Positions 12,635 through 26,100 of a DNA stretch of 64,000 bases are shown here, piece by piece. The DNA lies in the NCBI GenBank assembly GCA_964106645.2, contig OZ067042.1. One strand, given 5' to 3'. Source of the stretch: Podarcis pityusensis (lineage: Eukaryota). The notes beneath the pieces are model-generated. The model saw only the letters and a program-made list of their open reading frames with translations, made no database searches and had not been told where the DNA came from. Each line of letters opens with the position of its first letter. Positions within the stretch are counted from its first letter, which is position 1. Both the position numbers and the translations under genes were made by a program.

Positions 12635-14551
12635 AATGGGTACACAAATGCACTTCAATGCACAATTTCATGTATCTGATTCAATATCGTTTTAGGTGTG
12701 CATACAGTGCATTTACTAGATTAACAAACCGGATGAAAAAACAAGAAATGAATTTATGTTTTCCCTGGGACATAATGAAGCATACATAATTATGCTTCAC
12801 ATTTGTATAGTATTTCGGAGTGTTCAAAGTGTTCAACTTAGCCTGATTAATGCTTACAGCATTAAAGAAGTCTTGCTGCAGCCACAGCAACAAAATTTTC
12901 AAATAGCAAGTAACATCATCATCATCATCATCAATGCCCTTGCTCCTGAAATTGTCAGACCATCACCACCACCCTAATTTCCTGCTTATGAATTTTGGAA
13001 GAAGGTTGTTTCCATTTAGGTCCAACCTACCCACTTGATCAGGGATACAGTATCTAATAAAATAAGGACATAATGTCCCCAGTCCAGGGAAATGTTCTTT
13101 TAGAGCAGACTAGCTGGTGCAGTTACTGAAATGAAAGCAAAATCAGCAGACTTCCTTATTTGTTCAGAACACAAACTGATTAAATGTAGAACTGAATATA
13201 GAGCCAATATAAAGACAGAAACTAATAATCTCTTTTTCAAACTAGTGGATCTTCCAGACCAGAACAGACCAAAGCTTTGGTGCACCTGTAACCCCCACAG
13301 CTTCATCCGTAGCATGCATCTATCTTTACAAAGAAGTATATGAAGAGGAGGCACACCTTGAGTTAACATGAGTAACAAATAACAAGGTTCTACTGTTTTA
13401 AGCCCCAAAAGTCTGTTGCTTATGAAAGTGCCCCCTGTTGAGTTAATAACATGAAACTTTGTATACATCATTTACCTGATGAGATTGGTCAGTGTGCCAA
13501 ATTTCAAACCAATCTGCTAAAAACTACCGCAGGTTAAAAGGCACCATGGGTTAAAAGTGTTTAAAATGGATATATATATATACTGGAAAGGACCATTATT
13601 TAATGGCAGTTTAATTGTTTCACCAACAGCTCACTGCACTGTTTCCTTGGAATTGTCACATGTGCATGTTTTTCACAGATTAGCAGTAACAGAGAACAGA
13701 CTTTTTAAAAGCCCATAAAAGAGGATGTCCTTATGAACAATTCATTTAGTACCGAGTCCAGTACACGTTGTAAATAGAGCTGTGTTTTATAGCTGAGGGG
13801 TATCTTTATAGCTTTGACATTTACATTTCTAACAAGCAGCACTTCCTGGAAGTTAGCCTAGCGTAAAGCCTCACGGTTACAGTGATGTGCACCATCCAAC
13901 TTGACTCATATTTTAGTATATTTAAAGGGAATGTTGTGTTGTTTATCCCAAAAAGTTACATAACTAAGGCTGGGTGAGGTGGGATGGGGAATAAGCTTTT
14001 AAAAAGAAATATAAGGGTTTTTTGGGGGGGGGGTTGCCCTTTCTTGATTCTTCTTAGAAGGGTTGAATCTGGCCATCTGCTATGCAACCAGTTATGCAGA
14101 TGGCCATGTTTTGTGCATGTGATAAGTTACATATTACACAGGCTTGAGTCAGTACTAGATTAATGCAAAACCCAAAATGCAACAAATTGTTGCCATTGCT
14201 GCATTGTGAATGGCTTGCATCTTTTTCTTTGCCCTGCAGAAGCCCCTCCCCTTGAAGTTCCTGTAGCTTCCTCATTAGCATGCTGTGATCTGCCTGATCA
14301 TTGGTTTATTCTTTTGTTGTATATGATAATCTCTTAACACCATTTTGCTGTGGAATGTCCTGCCTCACTGAAAGGTATTGGGTGAAGTGACTTTCAGATC
14401 CTTTCCCACCATACAAGGCTATGGTCCTGTGTCATGTTCTAGCATCATTAGCAATGTTCTGTCAGCTGGTATTCTAATTGTTCCAATCATTTTTGATGCA
14501 GCAAGGCACTGCAAAGTAACTCTTCCCTTTAGTTTTGCTTTTTTGTTAGTA

Positions 14552-14777
14552 CAGTGGTACCTCGGGTTAAGTACTTAATTCGTTCCGGAGGTCCGTACTT
14601 AACCTGAAACTGTTCTTAACCTGAAGCACCACTTTAGCTAATGGGGCCTCCTGCTGTTGCCGCGCTGCCAGAGCACAATTTCTGTTCTCATCCTGAAGCA
14701 AAGTTCTTAACCTGAAGCAATTTTTCTGGGTTAGCAGAGTCTGTAACCTGAAGCGTATGTAACCCGAGGTACCACTG
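14552..14777. mobile_element. Tc1/mariner (Tigger/pogo-like) MITE, 226 bp
   Basis: Perfect 18-bp TIR CAGTGGTACCTCGGGTTA, TA TSD, internal TAACCTGAA repeats. Confidence 0.92.
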
Positions 14778-14809
14778 TATTGCAAAATATGAGTAACTGT
14801 GCTTTCAGG

Positions 14810-14957
14810 ACCAGGGACAAGGACAGGGAACTTTGAACTCTCTGGGTGTTGGTGGGACTACAACTTCCATCACCCCTGACCATCAGCCATACTGGCTAGG
14901 GTTGATGGGAACTGTAGTCCAATGGCATCTGTAGGGCCACAGGATCCCTGTGCCTGA
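14810..14957. mobile_element. Degraded hAT-type MITE
   Basis: ggactacaacttccatca ... tgatgggaactgtagtcc inverted core shared with the copies at 1287 and 55677. Confidence 0.6.
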
Positions 14958-14969
14958 TTAGGGTTTCCA

Positions 14970-14970
14970 T

Positions 14971-15009
<39 letters not shown>
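14970..15009. repeat. (TG)n microsatellite
   Basis: seen directly. Confidence 0.95.
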
Positions 15010-15010
<1 letters not shown>

Positions 15011-16149
15011 AAACCAAGTTGTGGAGTGACTCTCTATAACAGCTAAGCATACATGGTTGTTGGGGATAGTGGGCAGGAACTTTTCTGGTGCTGCCAAGGC
15101 AATAGAACACCCTTCCAAAAGAAATTGTCCACAACCCTTTGCTGCTCTCCTTTCAGCTGGTAGTCAATGCTTTTCCTTTTCGGCGGGCATTTTTCAGGAC
15201 TTATTATTTGCTGCCTTTCTCTCTGTTGTTTGTCTACTTTTAGCATCTTAATAGATTATTCATGCGTTTAGCTTATTGTTTTCATAATATGCATGCCGTC
15301 AACTGCCTTGAGTTGAGGTATATTTGTCCGCGTGTTTAGAAAGTCAGAATATAAATTTGGAAAACAGATAAACAAATTCTTTTCTTACCTACCATTGTGC
15401 CAGGTGAGTTGTGGCTGTGGCAGTGTACACCATCGCTTTGACTCAAGTTTAGGTCTCTTCTGAGCTTTGTATTGGATGATCCAGCAGCCCATACATCTTC
15501 AAGGCTGCTGCCTATAAACAGCTCTCAGCAGATACAGAACTTTCTCCCAAGGGCAAACAGGCTACTAGATTGTCCTGTGCAACACAAAGGAGCCTCGCCT
15601 GTTTGAGGTAAAGTGACTTGCTCTGACGCAGCACATCGGCTTGGCCAACGTTTGCCCAGTGCAATGATGACAGAGAGACAGGGAAAGTTCTGCTTCACTC
15701 CTCTAAGGAGCTATTTTGTGTCTTCAAACAGCATGTGGCAAGTAGGATTGCCTCATTGTTTGCTGCAGAGTTGGTAAATTGTCTTTGCCTAACTATAAAC
15801 CATGCTTATGAGGCTAAAACATGGGATCTGGTTAATATTTCATAAAATATACATCCGGCTTGATGATTTTTTGTTTTATAACAAACCAACCAATCCTGAA
15901 AGCTGTTTACAAAAAGAGTAAAACAATGAAATCATCAGTATTTTTTTTTAAAAAGACTAAAAACAACTATTTTAAACCTTTAAAAAAAAAACAGGGGTAA
16001 ATTAAAAGCCAAATTATAACCCACAGCATTCCACATTCTACATGTCTGGGTAGGCTTGCTGAAATAAAAATGTTTATCATATGCACCAAGTAATTAGCTG
16101 CTCCCAAACACCCAAGACTATACATACTTCTTTTTCATTTGTGGTATTT

Positions 16150-16250
16150 CATAGAATTGTAGAGTTGGAAGGAACTCAGAGGGTCATCTAGTCCAACCCC
16201 TTGCATTCCAAGAATCTCAACTAAGGCATCTATGACAGATGGCCATCCAA
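16150..16250 (-). mobile_element. CR1 LINE 3' end fragment
   Basis: catagaattgtagagttggaagg..gtcatctagtccaacccc motif. Confidence 0.6.
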
Positions 16251-17054
16251 AAATGTCATTCAGTGTATTGCTAAGGAAGGATAATGGGAGGAGGGTTTAG
16301 GTGTAGAAGTACAAAACTCTTTCCCTTTCTCCATTTTATGTGTTTTCTAAAGTGATTTTTTTCCACTGTAAGCATTTTGAAGTTGTGTTTCCAGCTCTCT
16401 GTGTAATTTGCTCTTTTAGAGCAAGCTTAATTATTCTCCTGCAAAGGAGAATAAGGATACCCTTAAGGGGAAGTATAAGCATCATTGACTTTCCAAATTC
16501 TGAAAGAAACAAGAAAAAAAAGAGCTCCTGTTAGAAACACTGCAATATTTATTTCTAAAGAGGCTGAGGAAATCTGCAATTATTATAAGATGCACCATCA
16601 GATGGTAGGAGGGTGAAGGAAGAAAGCAGTGGGCCATAAACTGGCCGGCTTTAGCATGCTTATTATGGGAAGCCCCTTCCCAAGAAAGTACAGCACAATG
16701 AGAACAGAGCGTGCTCAGTATCCAAGGAGTGCTTTCTGGGTTTTTCGTAAGGGGAGGATGGGGTGTGTGTGTGTTAGAATATCCTAGGAAAGGCACAGCT
16801 CACTGGACAATGCAAACAAATAAAACTAATTTGGTTTTCTATGTTCCAGTTTATTTCTTTCCAGTGTGATTCTCCCAAGTGATGAACCACTTACCTTTGA
16901 CAATCCTCTTTCATGGCAGAAGCTGATACGTTGCACAAATTGTTTAGGAAAAAAATAACCTTGGCTTTATTTCTGAATAGTTTCCTAGATACTTCTGTGT
17001 GAGTTTCAGAATCTTATCTGCTCTTTTCCTTCCTTTCTTCCTCTCCAATTGCAG

Positions 17055-17114
17055 GTTTGCTTTGTGAATCTGGACGCGCAGGAAGGTAACTGCAGTGATG
17101 AACTAATGAAACAG
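17055..17114 (+). CDS. SPHKAP: SPHKAP exon 4 (60 nt, VCFVNLDAQEGNCSDELMKQ), GC donor
   Basis: Long pyrimidine tract + gcag|GTT; ends CAG|gcaagt; phase 0-0; matches SPHKAP VCFVNLD motif. Confidence 0.9.
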
Positions 17115-20100
17115 GCAAGTGCTCTGCTAATACACACAGTGTGTGCAAATACATAAGTAGCTCTTGCTACTCACAGGAAAGACGAAGAGATGTCTCAACC
17201 GCTACCCACCTCTGAGAGGGGGAATAGAAACCCTGCTTTGAAACTGCCATGTATAATTACTGCAATTCAAATAGAAATACAATGTGTCTCACCATAGTGG
17301 GAGCATACCAGGTGGCCTGTGAGCTTGCTCAATCTTCTAACTCTTGATGGTGGGCAATTTCTAAGCTCCTGCTCTCCTTTTTTATGGTTTGTCACCTTTA
17401 AATCAGACTTGGACTTGACTGTCCTCAGAGAGGAGACACCTTAAAATAGACACTGTCCTCTGTTAAGCAGGAAACATGGCCACTCTACAAATGCATGGGG
17501 GGTGCATCTTTGTGAAGAAAGCTTATTATTTTAATGTAAACTAGAACACAGAAGCCAAGGAGTGAAGGGGCCAGATGCCCGTCCAGGGTTCTGTGCCCTG
17601 TATTCATCTACTTGTCTGGCAACTTCGGTTTGATAAGGGCTCCTACTGTCAATGTGAATGGCACTTTCAAGGCGGTGCCAGTGACTGCTTTTTCTTTCAT
17701 GTTTGATAGCATGGCTAGATAGAGAAGTGTGGTTTGCCTCTCATGCTCGTGTTTCTTGTGCTTCAGAGGTTGATCGGTATCTCTCCAAATCTCCCAAAGC
17801 TTATCAGCTCTATGAATGTACAGCCTCCCAAAGAGAATGAAATCATCCTGCTGAGTGGATTGACTTCAGGGAGCCTTCAGGCTGGTTTTGAAGTACCCCA
17901 GGTACGGACGTTCAATCAGTCTTTGGGAATGCCTCAGTGCTCTGGTTGGATGCTCAAAGGGAAAATGTCACAAATACAGGAGGATGCATTCTAGCTAGCT
18001 AGTGTACAGAGATACTCATGTATAAAAAGAGTGTGGGCGTCTTTGGAAAAAAATACAAATATGCATTTAGATTCATTTACTTTGAAAAAAATGGATATTA
18101 GAGAACACAAAAACAAAACTTTTCCACAGACCCTCACACATACAAACTTAATAATTATATTGTTTTATTATTTCCTAACCCTCCAGAGCTGATGCTGAGG
18201 AGACAGATAAGGAAGAGAAAGCTCCTTTATGTTCATGGGAGTCCATTGCGTCCATTGCATTACAGCCTATAAATGTTGCTGGTGTTGGTGGTGAAGTTTT
18301 GTTGTGGAGGATAGCTAGGAGAAAATGAAAAGATTTTGATAAAAAGTTATTTCTTTTCCGTTTAATTGCATCACTGGAATTTGGGTGTTGTTGTTCTTCT
18401 CCCTCCAGTGTTCTTGGCTGGCAGATGTCTGTCTGGTTCAGTGTGCAAGAGGAAACAGAAAGAACAGCGCAAACTGCATCATCTTTGAAATAAACAAGTT
18501 TCTGATTGGGCTGGAGCTTGTGCAGGAGAAGCAGCTGCACATCGAGGCCAGCATCTTAAAGCCTGAGGACGACACTAACTGCTCTGTGTCCTCAATAGAA
18601 GAAGATTTTCTTACAGCTTCCGAACACTTTGAAGATGAGAGTGAGGCCGATGAATATAAAAACGGTAAAATCTAGCTGGCTGAAAGTGAACCTGTCACAA
18701 TCTGTGCAGTCAAATACATAAGGGCTTGTGCTCATGTAAATAGCACTCGGTGTTAATTGGTGCATACATTTAATTGCCGCTTGAAAGCAATGAAATTAGA
18801 GGAAGATCCAAAATCCCTCATGCCGTTAAATACCATTGCTCGCGAGATGGAAAATGTGGTCATTATACATGGTGATTGCACACTTCCTCTTCATGCTACT
18901 TTGGCACGTCCACTTTTCAGGACACGACGGCTGGTTTTCTAAAGGCTAACGTGTTGCTTTTCATTTTCCAGGTCAGGAAAAACTGAATGTCACCGAGTCC
19001 TCAGCAGAGTTCAAAAAGCACGGAGGGAAAGGACTTGAAAGCTTACAGTGCAAAAATCCCAGGTTGCCATTTGCTCTGGAAGCAAACTGTATTAACAAAG
19101 ACAGCGCAGCTCCTGCTAGGATTTCAAGCTCGTCTGATGAGGACTTGAATGGTGAGGGCGAAGACAGCGTTTTGCGAACTGTGGACAAAGCCAATAAGCA
19201 CTGGAAATCTGGTATAGCTGGGAAATCTAAGCCATCCTCTAATACTGATGATCTGGAAGACTCTTCCAGAGGTGATACAGACAATTCGGATGTGTTGGAA
19301 GACGTGTTGTTGGCCACAGCAACCAAGGAGGAAATTATTTCTCTGGATGATGCAGCAGAAGAACAAGACATTTGTTTAGACCCCTTGGATTGTAGAGATG
19401 AAAGAACAGATAATCCTCCCATGCAAAATGAACAGGCCACAGCAGGTCAGTTCGCTACAAATTTGGCAGAGTCGGTCCTGCAAGACGCGTTCATCAGGTT
19501 GTCTCAGTCTACTTTTACCAAAGAGGCTGCCATCAGCATCTCTGCTGGTAGCTCCTTAACTCCAGCTGCATATGCCGCACAGGATGCGATGGCTTCGCGG
19601 CCATGGAACGAACTCCCCAAAATTGTCATAGTTCAGAGTCCAGACGGCTCTGAAAACACATCTGAATGGCCTGGATCTAGCTTACCAAACTTGTGTCCTT
19701 GGTCTGACGTTGAGCGTCCCCGTGAAGCTGCAGACTGGTTGCAAGACAACAGTGGAGGCACTCAAAGTGCCTTGGAGGTGGCTTTGGCCTGTGCCGCTAC
19801 AGTCCTTGGCACCATATCGAGCCCACATGCCGCAGAGAAGCTCAAAAGAGAACAGGAAGCCGCGGACTCTCAAACAATTTCTAATGAAGTGTTGGAGGAA
19901 AACTCTCCCCAAGGCATCAGTAACAGCCCGCCTGTGGATTACTCATTCCCATCTGCCCTGTGTGGCATGACTCAAGTAGCAAGTGCTGTTGCAGTTTGTG
20001 GTCTTGGTGACAAGAAAGATGATAAGTATCCTGCAGCCTCCGGTGGACTCTTGTCTGCCGCAGAGACATCAGCAGCCATCACTCTTCACTGTAGCATAGC

Positions 20101-23100
20101 TGTGGGGAGCAGCATGGAGAATCTGAACAATAGCGTTGCACAAGCATTATTCAAAGAGGCATCCTTAGTGTTAGCCAAGCCTGAAATGTACAGAAATCTA
20201 GGCGACTTTATGGAATCTGTAAATGGGAAAATTGTCCAGGCTGTGACAAAGCCCTCAGTTCCCCATTTGGAGGAAGTGATTGTTGATGAACTTGCCCAGA
20301 ACTTGTCCAACGTTATTCTGAGACACTCAGTGGAAGAGGTCAGGAAGAAGCAGCTAAACACACGACCTGAAAGCAATGTAGACCTCAGTACCCAAGATGT
20401 TTTTATTGCAACTGCAAATAAGCTGCTTTTTGATGTGCTGTACTTCACTTGTAAGAAAATGAGCGATATCACACAGCTCACTGAGTCTTTAAGTACTTTT
20501 GCTGAAGATAATCTTAGCTGGCAGGTAATGGAGAGCCAACCAAGGGAGTCTACAAATGATCTATTACAACCATCTCCAGACGACTCTGATAATAAGCCTC
20601 CTAGTACTTTTTGTGGCACTAGCCCTAACATTGGTGTTGTACCCACAACAAAAGACGTCAAAGAGGAAGTTGTGCTGGAGACCCGGGAATCGGCCGCACC
20701 TCGTGCAGCTTCACCACCTAGGGTCAATGCCCATAGTTCACCTTCTGGGAAAACGTCTCCCAAAAAAAGGTATTTGAAAAGAACTGCAAGAGAGTGCTAC
20801 AAATCCATACATCCCAGTAGCAGCAATCATACAAAGAAAGAACTCCGGTCGTTTACCGGCAGAGAAGACACAACGCTAGCCAATGAATGCAGACATGGCA
20901 TTCAGGAACGTCCATCTTCCAACACCGCACCAAGTACAGAAAGTCATGAAAAGCATGTGTGTGGTGACACATGGCACAATGAAGCCCAACTCAGCCTCTC
21001 CTTATTGGGTAATCAGGGTTTGTTGCCTTCCCAACCTCTGCTGCAGTTGAAGCATCCAGCAGATAAATACTGTGTAGCAGATTTTGCAGAGGAATTGGCA
21101 GAGACGGTGGTCTCTATGGCAACGGAAATTGCTGCCATTTGCCTTGACAATTCAAACGGCAAGCAACCTTGGTTCTGCGCGTGGAAAAGAGGCGGTGAGT
21201 ATTTGATGCCCCAAGCGTTGTCATGCCGAACCATGAAAAGGAAGAAGGAGGCACAGTCCAGTGGATCGGTCGTGAGAAAGCATCGGCCGCCCAGGCTTAG
21301 TGAGATCAAGAGGAAAACGGATGAGCACCCTGAGCTAAAAGAAAGGCTTATGAACAGGGTGGTGGACGAATCCATTAACCTTGATGACACACTGGATCCA
21401 TGCAATAGCTTTGCCAATGAAGTAGCTGCTAAAATTGTGAATTTGGCTGAGTTTTCTGTGGCTGATAATGCGTGGCAAAGCCCAAACCACCCTCGAAATA
21501 GACTGCACTGTGACAGATGGAGCAGAGTCAACGCATCCAGCTGTGAAAGCATTCCCGAGGAGGACTCCGATTCCAAAGGGTCTGCAAATACTTTGGGTCT
21601 CACAAACACTTTAGGGCAGCCAATAAGCAGGACCAGCTCTGTCTCCAAACAGTCCAGCTGCGAGAGCATTACGGACGAGTTTTCAAGGTTTATGGTCAAC
21701 CAGATGGAAAATGAAGGTCGAGAGTTTGATTTACTACTTGACTACTATGCTGGGAAGAATGCAAATAGCATCTTGACTTCTGCAATGCAACAAGTTGCCA
21801 AGAAAAATGGCCACCTCAACGTGAGGCCAAGTTGCCCATCCAAACAGTCCAGCACAGAAAGTATAACAGAAGAATTTTATAGATATATGCTGAGGGAAAT
21901 TGAAAAGGAAAATAGAGAGAATGTGTCTTCTGCTAGGAGTGCCAAGGACTGGAGTAGCAATTTATTACCTCCTTCCCAACGCTCACCTTTTTGTTTCAGA
22001 CAGTCCTCGATGCCCGATAGCAGAAGCTCGGCTTCAAGGCTAACAGTGAATGTGCCCATAAAAGCAAATTCATTAGACGGCTTCTCTCGCAATGGCCACA
22101 GGGATTCTTTAAGTGTAGAGCCAATCAGCACAGCTTCCTCTTCAGGGCTTTGCAAATCAGACTCTTACCTGTACCAAAGATGTAGGACTGATCAGGCAAC
22201 CGACATGCTGATTCATGAGACATGGGCGAATTCCATCAAAGCTCTAATGTGCAAGAACAAAATAATAGCAAATGACGCAGAAGTTTCTGAGCTTGACCAG
22301 CATCCTCACGGCTCCCCACCGCATGTTCAACAGTATGCAAACAGGCTGGCTGCTAATATTGTTGAAAGCGGGAAGACTTTAATTGTCCATCACCAAGATT
22401 CTGCAAACAGAGATCACGCAGCAGACAGCAGCCATGTCCCAATAGGGATGCAAAAAAACTGTAAACCAATAGGAGACAGAATAGATTTAGATGTGAAAAA
22501 ACCACATTCTTCATCCCCTGGATTTTTTCCTACCAACCATACAAGCTGTTCTGTATGCCTAAGGGAAGTGCCTTTAATTCAGATAGAAACAGAACAAAGA
22601 GAAGACCTTGACGAAGTCTCAGAACCATTGGCGGAAGTTAACGTGGCCTCTGGGAAACCAAGGGGGTATCTCAGCAAACAAAAACGTGCGGAAGCAGATT
22701 CAGGAAGGCACCTGGATTCCTCAGCAAACAGCAGGTAAGTTTTATAACCAGATTGAAAGCATGGGGCCCTGTGCCTGATAAACCTGTGGAGCACCACACA
22801 TCTCCCTTACGCAGAAATGTAGGCACGCGCGCACACACACACACACGTAACAGCTCCCTCCATCTCTATTCTGCTGTACCCCTTAAAGCTGAATTACGCT
22901 TTTCAAATCTAAGGACCCTAATTTGCAAATTTGCATATCTTATGTCCTATGCTCCCTCCCCACTCAAAAAAAGTTAAATGTCATAACAGAATCTGTAGCT
23001 ACATATGACACATGTTTATAAGGCATGAATACAAGAATCCTGCACTTATTTGGAAGCACTGAACTCAATGGGGCTTATTTCTGATAAAACATTATAAAAT

Positions 23101-26100
23101 TATACTTTAAGGAAATCCATGATGGGCCATATAGCTAGCCAGTGCATGACCAAAGGTTGCAAAACATACTTTTTTGCTCTTCAATTTTGCTTGTAATCTG
23201 GAGCATAATCTCTACTCCTCAATCTTGCCAAAATAATCTGTTACATTCCCCCGTGGTGAAGATCTGGCTGGGCAGACACTCTGTTATTATTGTAAATGAT
23301 CTAGACCTGGACCTCCATTATGACTAGATCCCTACTAAGTAGTTCATATTAAGTTTAATTATCAAAATATCCCTTTTCCAATAAACTGCTGGTGGCTGTG
23401 GATTCTGAGGTGTGCTGCCCTGCCCTGCCCATTTCTTCTTTGAACTCCAAAAATACACAGACTTGTGACGGCTAAAGAGCTCTCGCTTTCATATTGTGTG
23501 CAGATTTAAGACTATGGAAATACTCCAGTCACCACCCACCGCACATTAGATATTGGGGGGCAAGCATTGTTACCGAGAGAAGAACTTCTAAAGATGAGCT
23601 CAGCTACATGCAGCAAGAAATAATCTTCCTGCTTTATGCTATGTTCCTTCCCTAGTCTTCTCCTTTTCTCTGCGCACTGAAGCACATTGGACTTTGATTT
23701 TGCCAGACAACAGATGTAGAAGGGGGATGGGTGACAGGGACCAGAAGGGAACGGATCAGAAGATGCAGCAGTGCAATCCCCATGTTGCAATTTACCAGCC
23801 CTGTTGGCGGCAAATTCTATATATGTGCCCCCTTTAATATCCAAAAAGGCAATAAAAATCTATTAGCTGGTGGTGTTCCATGACTTGCAAAAAATAAAAT
23901 AAAATAAAGAATGGTCCAAGTGATTTGGCTGACCGATACAACAGTGCTTAGGAGCAGGAAGAATTTCCCAAGAGATTTCTCCTTGCTTTATCAGAATCTT
24001 TCCTTTCCTTTCCTTTCCCCAATCAGCTTAACTATACACAGCGATCCTGAACCTCAAGCTCCCAAGGAGGCCAAAGCGGTGGAAGAGTTTCCAGTCCCTC
24101 CCAGCAGCAGTGACGAAAGCACAGGTAGCAGCTGGTGCCAGCTGGCAAATGACGAGGACAATCCTGAGGATACAAGCAGCTATTTGCAACTCAGCGAGAG
24201 ATCTATGAGGTAACCACATGCCCCTTTTGAGCCGCAAGGGGTATAATCACCAGCATAAACGTTTTGATTGTCATTGGCTCAGAATGAATGTAGCTTGAGT
24301 GTGTCCAAAAAGAGGACTAGCTTTCATACGGTGCTGCAGGAGGCCTCATTAAGTATTTGGAAACCATGGAAAGAAATTGCCACCCAACCCTAAGCAATCA
24401 CTTCCTGTTCCTGCAAGGATAACACCATCTGAGAAGCTAATTTGAGTCAATCATGGCTCATTTGTCAGTTCCATCTGGGTCATTTACATCTAACACTGTT
24501 GTACTGAGTTCTCATTCTCTATTGGCGTGGACACAATAGAAAACTAAGGACTGGACAAATTACTGAAGCAGGACTTCTTTCTTTCTTTCCTAGCATCTAA
24601 GTATTATCATATCATTGCAAGCTCTTAGAGTCAACAGTACAGTTCCAAGATGGGAACTGTAGGTCCATATAGATTTGTTACGATCTTGAAACTGGATTCA
24701 GTAGAACTACTCAGTCTGTAAGGAGAGAATCCAGTTCTCTTTGGGCAATTTGCCTCATTGCTCCAGGTGTTTCTGACTACTCAAATCTAAATCTCTGCTG
24801 TCACTGCAGCCTAAACATAATTGCCAAATTTACCACCACTAAAAGCCATTAGTTGGTTGAGATCTCACTATAGGTCATCTGTTCCAAGAAGTAAAAAAAT
24901 GAGTTGAAAATCACTATTGAGATCCCACTGTTGTTTTCAGTCTTTGCATGATATGACTCACAGCCAGTGTGGTGTACTGTTTATAGTGCCAGTGTAGGGC
25001 TTATGGGACCAGGGTTCAAATCTCCACTTGGCCATGAATGTGTCCTTGGGCCAGTCACTGCCTCTCAGCCTAACCTACCTCTTAGGTTGTTGTGGGGATT
25101 AAATAAGGAGGCAGAGAACCACGTATGTTACCTCGAGCTCCTTGGAGAAAAAGATGAGATATAAATGCAATTAATTGATTTTTTAAAAAATCTTGTGTTT
25201 GAGGCTGGAGACAATAAGAGGCGACAAATTATAAAAGACACAGCAAGACATCAAACATTTAAAAATTTCCCTTCAGATGTCTTCCAAAAGTCATATAGTT
25301 GTTTATCTCCTTGACATCTGATGGGAAGGTGTTCCACAGGGCGGGCACTACTACCAAGAAAGCCCTTTGCCTGGTTCCCTGTAACTTCACTTCCTGCAGT
25401 GATGGATCCACTAGAAGGCCCTTGGAGCTGGACCTCAGTGTCCAGGCTAAACGATGGGGGTGAAGGCACCCCTTCAGGTATGCAGGGTCGAGGCCATTTA
25501 GCACTTTAAAGGCCTAAAGGCCTCGACATTATCTCTGGCTACACTGTGATGAGTCTTAGGGTTTTATATAATATGGCAACCACTTGATGACACAGTATCA
25601 AGTGATAATTAGCACATATATGAAGCAGCCATCATGACTCAAATACCACCAAATGTTCACATCCCCTGACATCACTCTCAGGACAGCCTTCTGCCACTCA
25701 TCAAGTGATGAGACATCAAGTGATGTAACCAGACTTTACATAGCATGTTTTGCTCTGAGCTGAAATGAAATCTTCATTTTTGCCTTACCANNNNNNNNNN
25801 NNNNNNNNNNNNNNNNNNNNNNNNNNNNNNNNNNNNNNNNNNNNNNNNNNNNNNNNNNNNNNNNNNNNNNNNNNNNNNNNNNNNNNNNNNNNNNNNNNNN
25901 NNNNNNNNNNNNNNNNNNNNNNNNNNNNNNNNNNNNNNNNNNNNNNNNNNNNNNNNNNNNNNNNNNNNNNNNNNNNNNNNNNNNNNNNNNATCATTACTC
26001 TAATAATATTTTAGGCCCATTTCAAGCTCTCTTGGAAAACTAGGCATTCATGGCCAAGGGGAGTTCACCCCCCCCCCCACAGCAGATGTACTGTTAAACT

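Larger units (their letters stand above)
19538..25790 (+). repeat. 6253-bp direct repeat, copy 1 (ends at the gap)
   Basis: Starts atctctgctggtag and ends tgccttacca; offset 7964 at both ends; all ORF translations and the spot-checked (AC)7 tract are identical in copy 2. Confidence 0.97.

Noticed and set aside
14598-14766. Spaced TAACCTGAA repeats resembling a CRISPR array
   Set aside because: Eukaryotic DNA; short, irregularly spaced subterminal repeats inside a TIR-bounded MITE
1-17054. SPHKAP exons 1-3
   Set aside because: No sequence resembling the expected N-terminal peptide (e.g. LESTDYWLQNQ) found by eye; the region is treated as one long intron
20086-22155. Antisense ORFs of 225, 228 and 92 aa (and duplicates 28050..30119)
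   Set aside because: Shadow frames of the SPHKAP coding strand with no recognisable domain
19064-22738. 1224-aa ORF as a single-exon gene
   Set aside because: It starts at TTG inside exon 7 and ends at the TAA of the splice donor gtaagt; it is an internal exon
25765-26043. ORFs full of X
   Set aside because: Artefacts of translating the N gap
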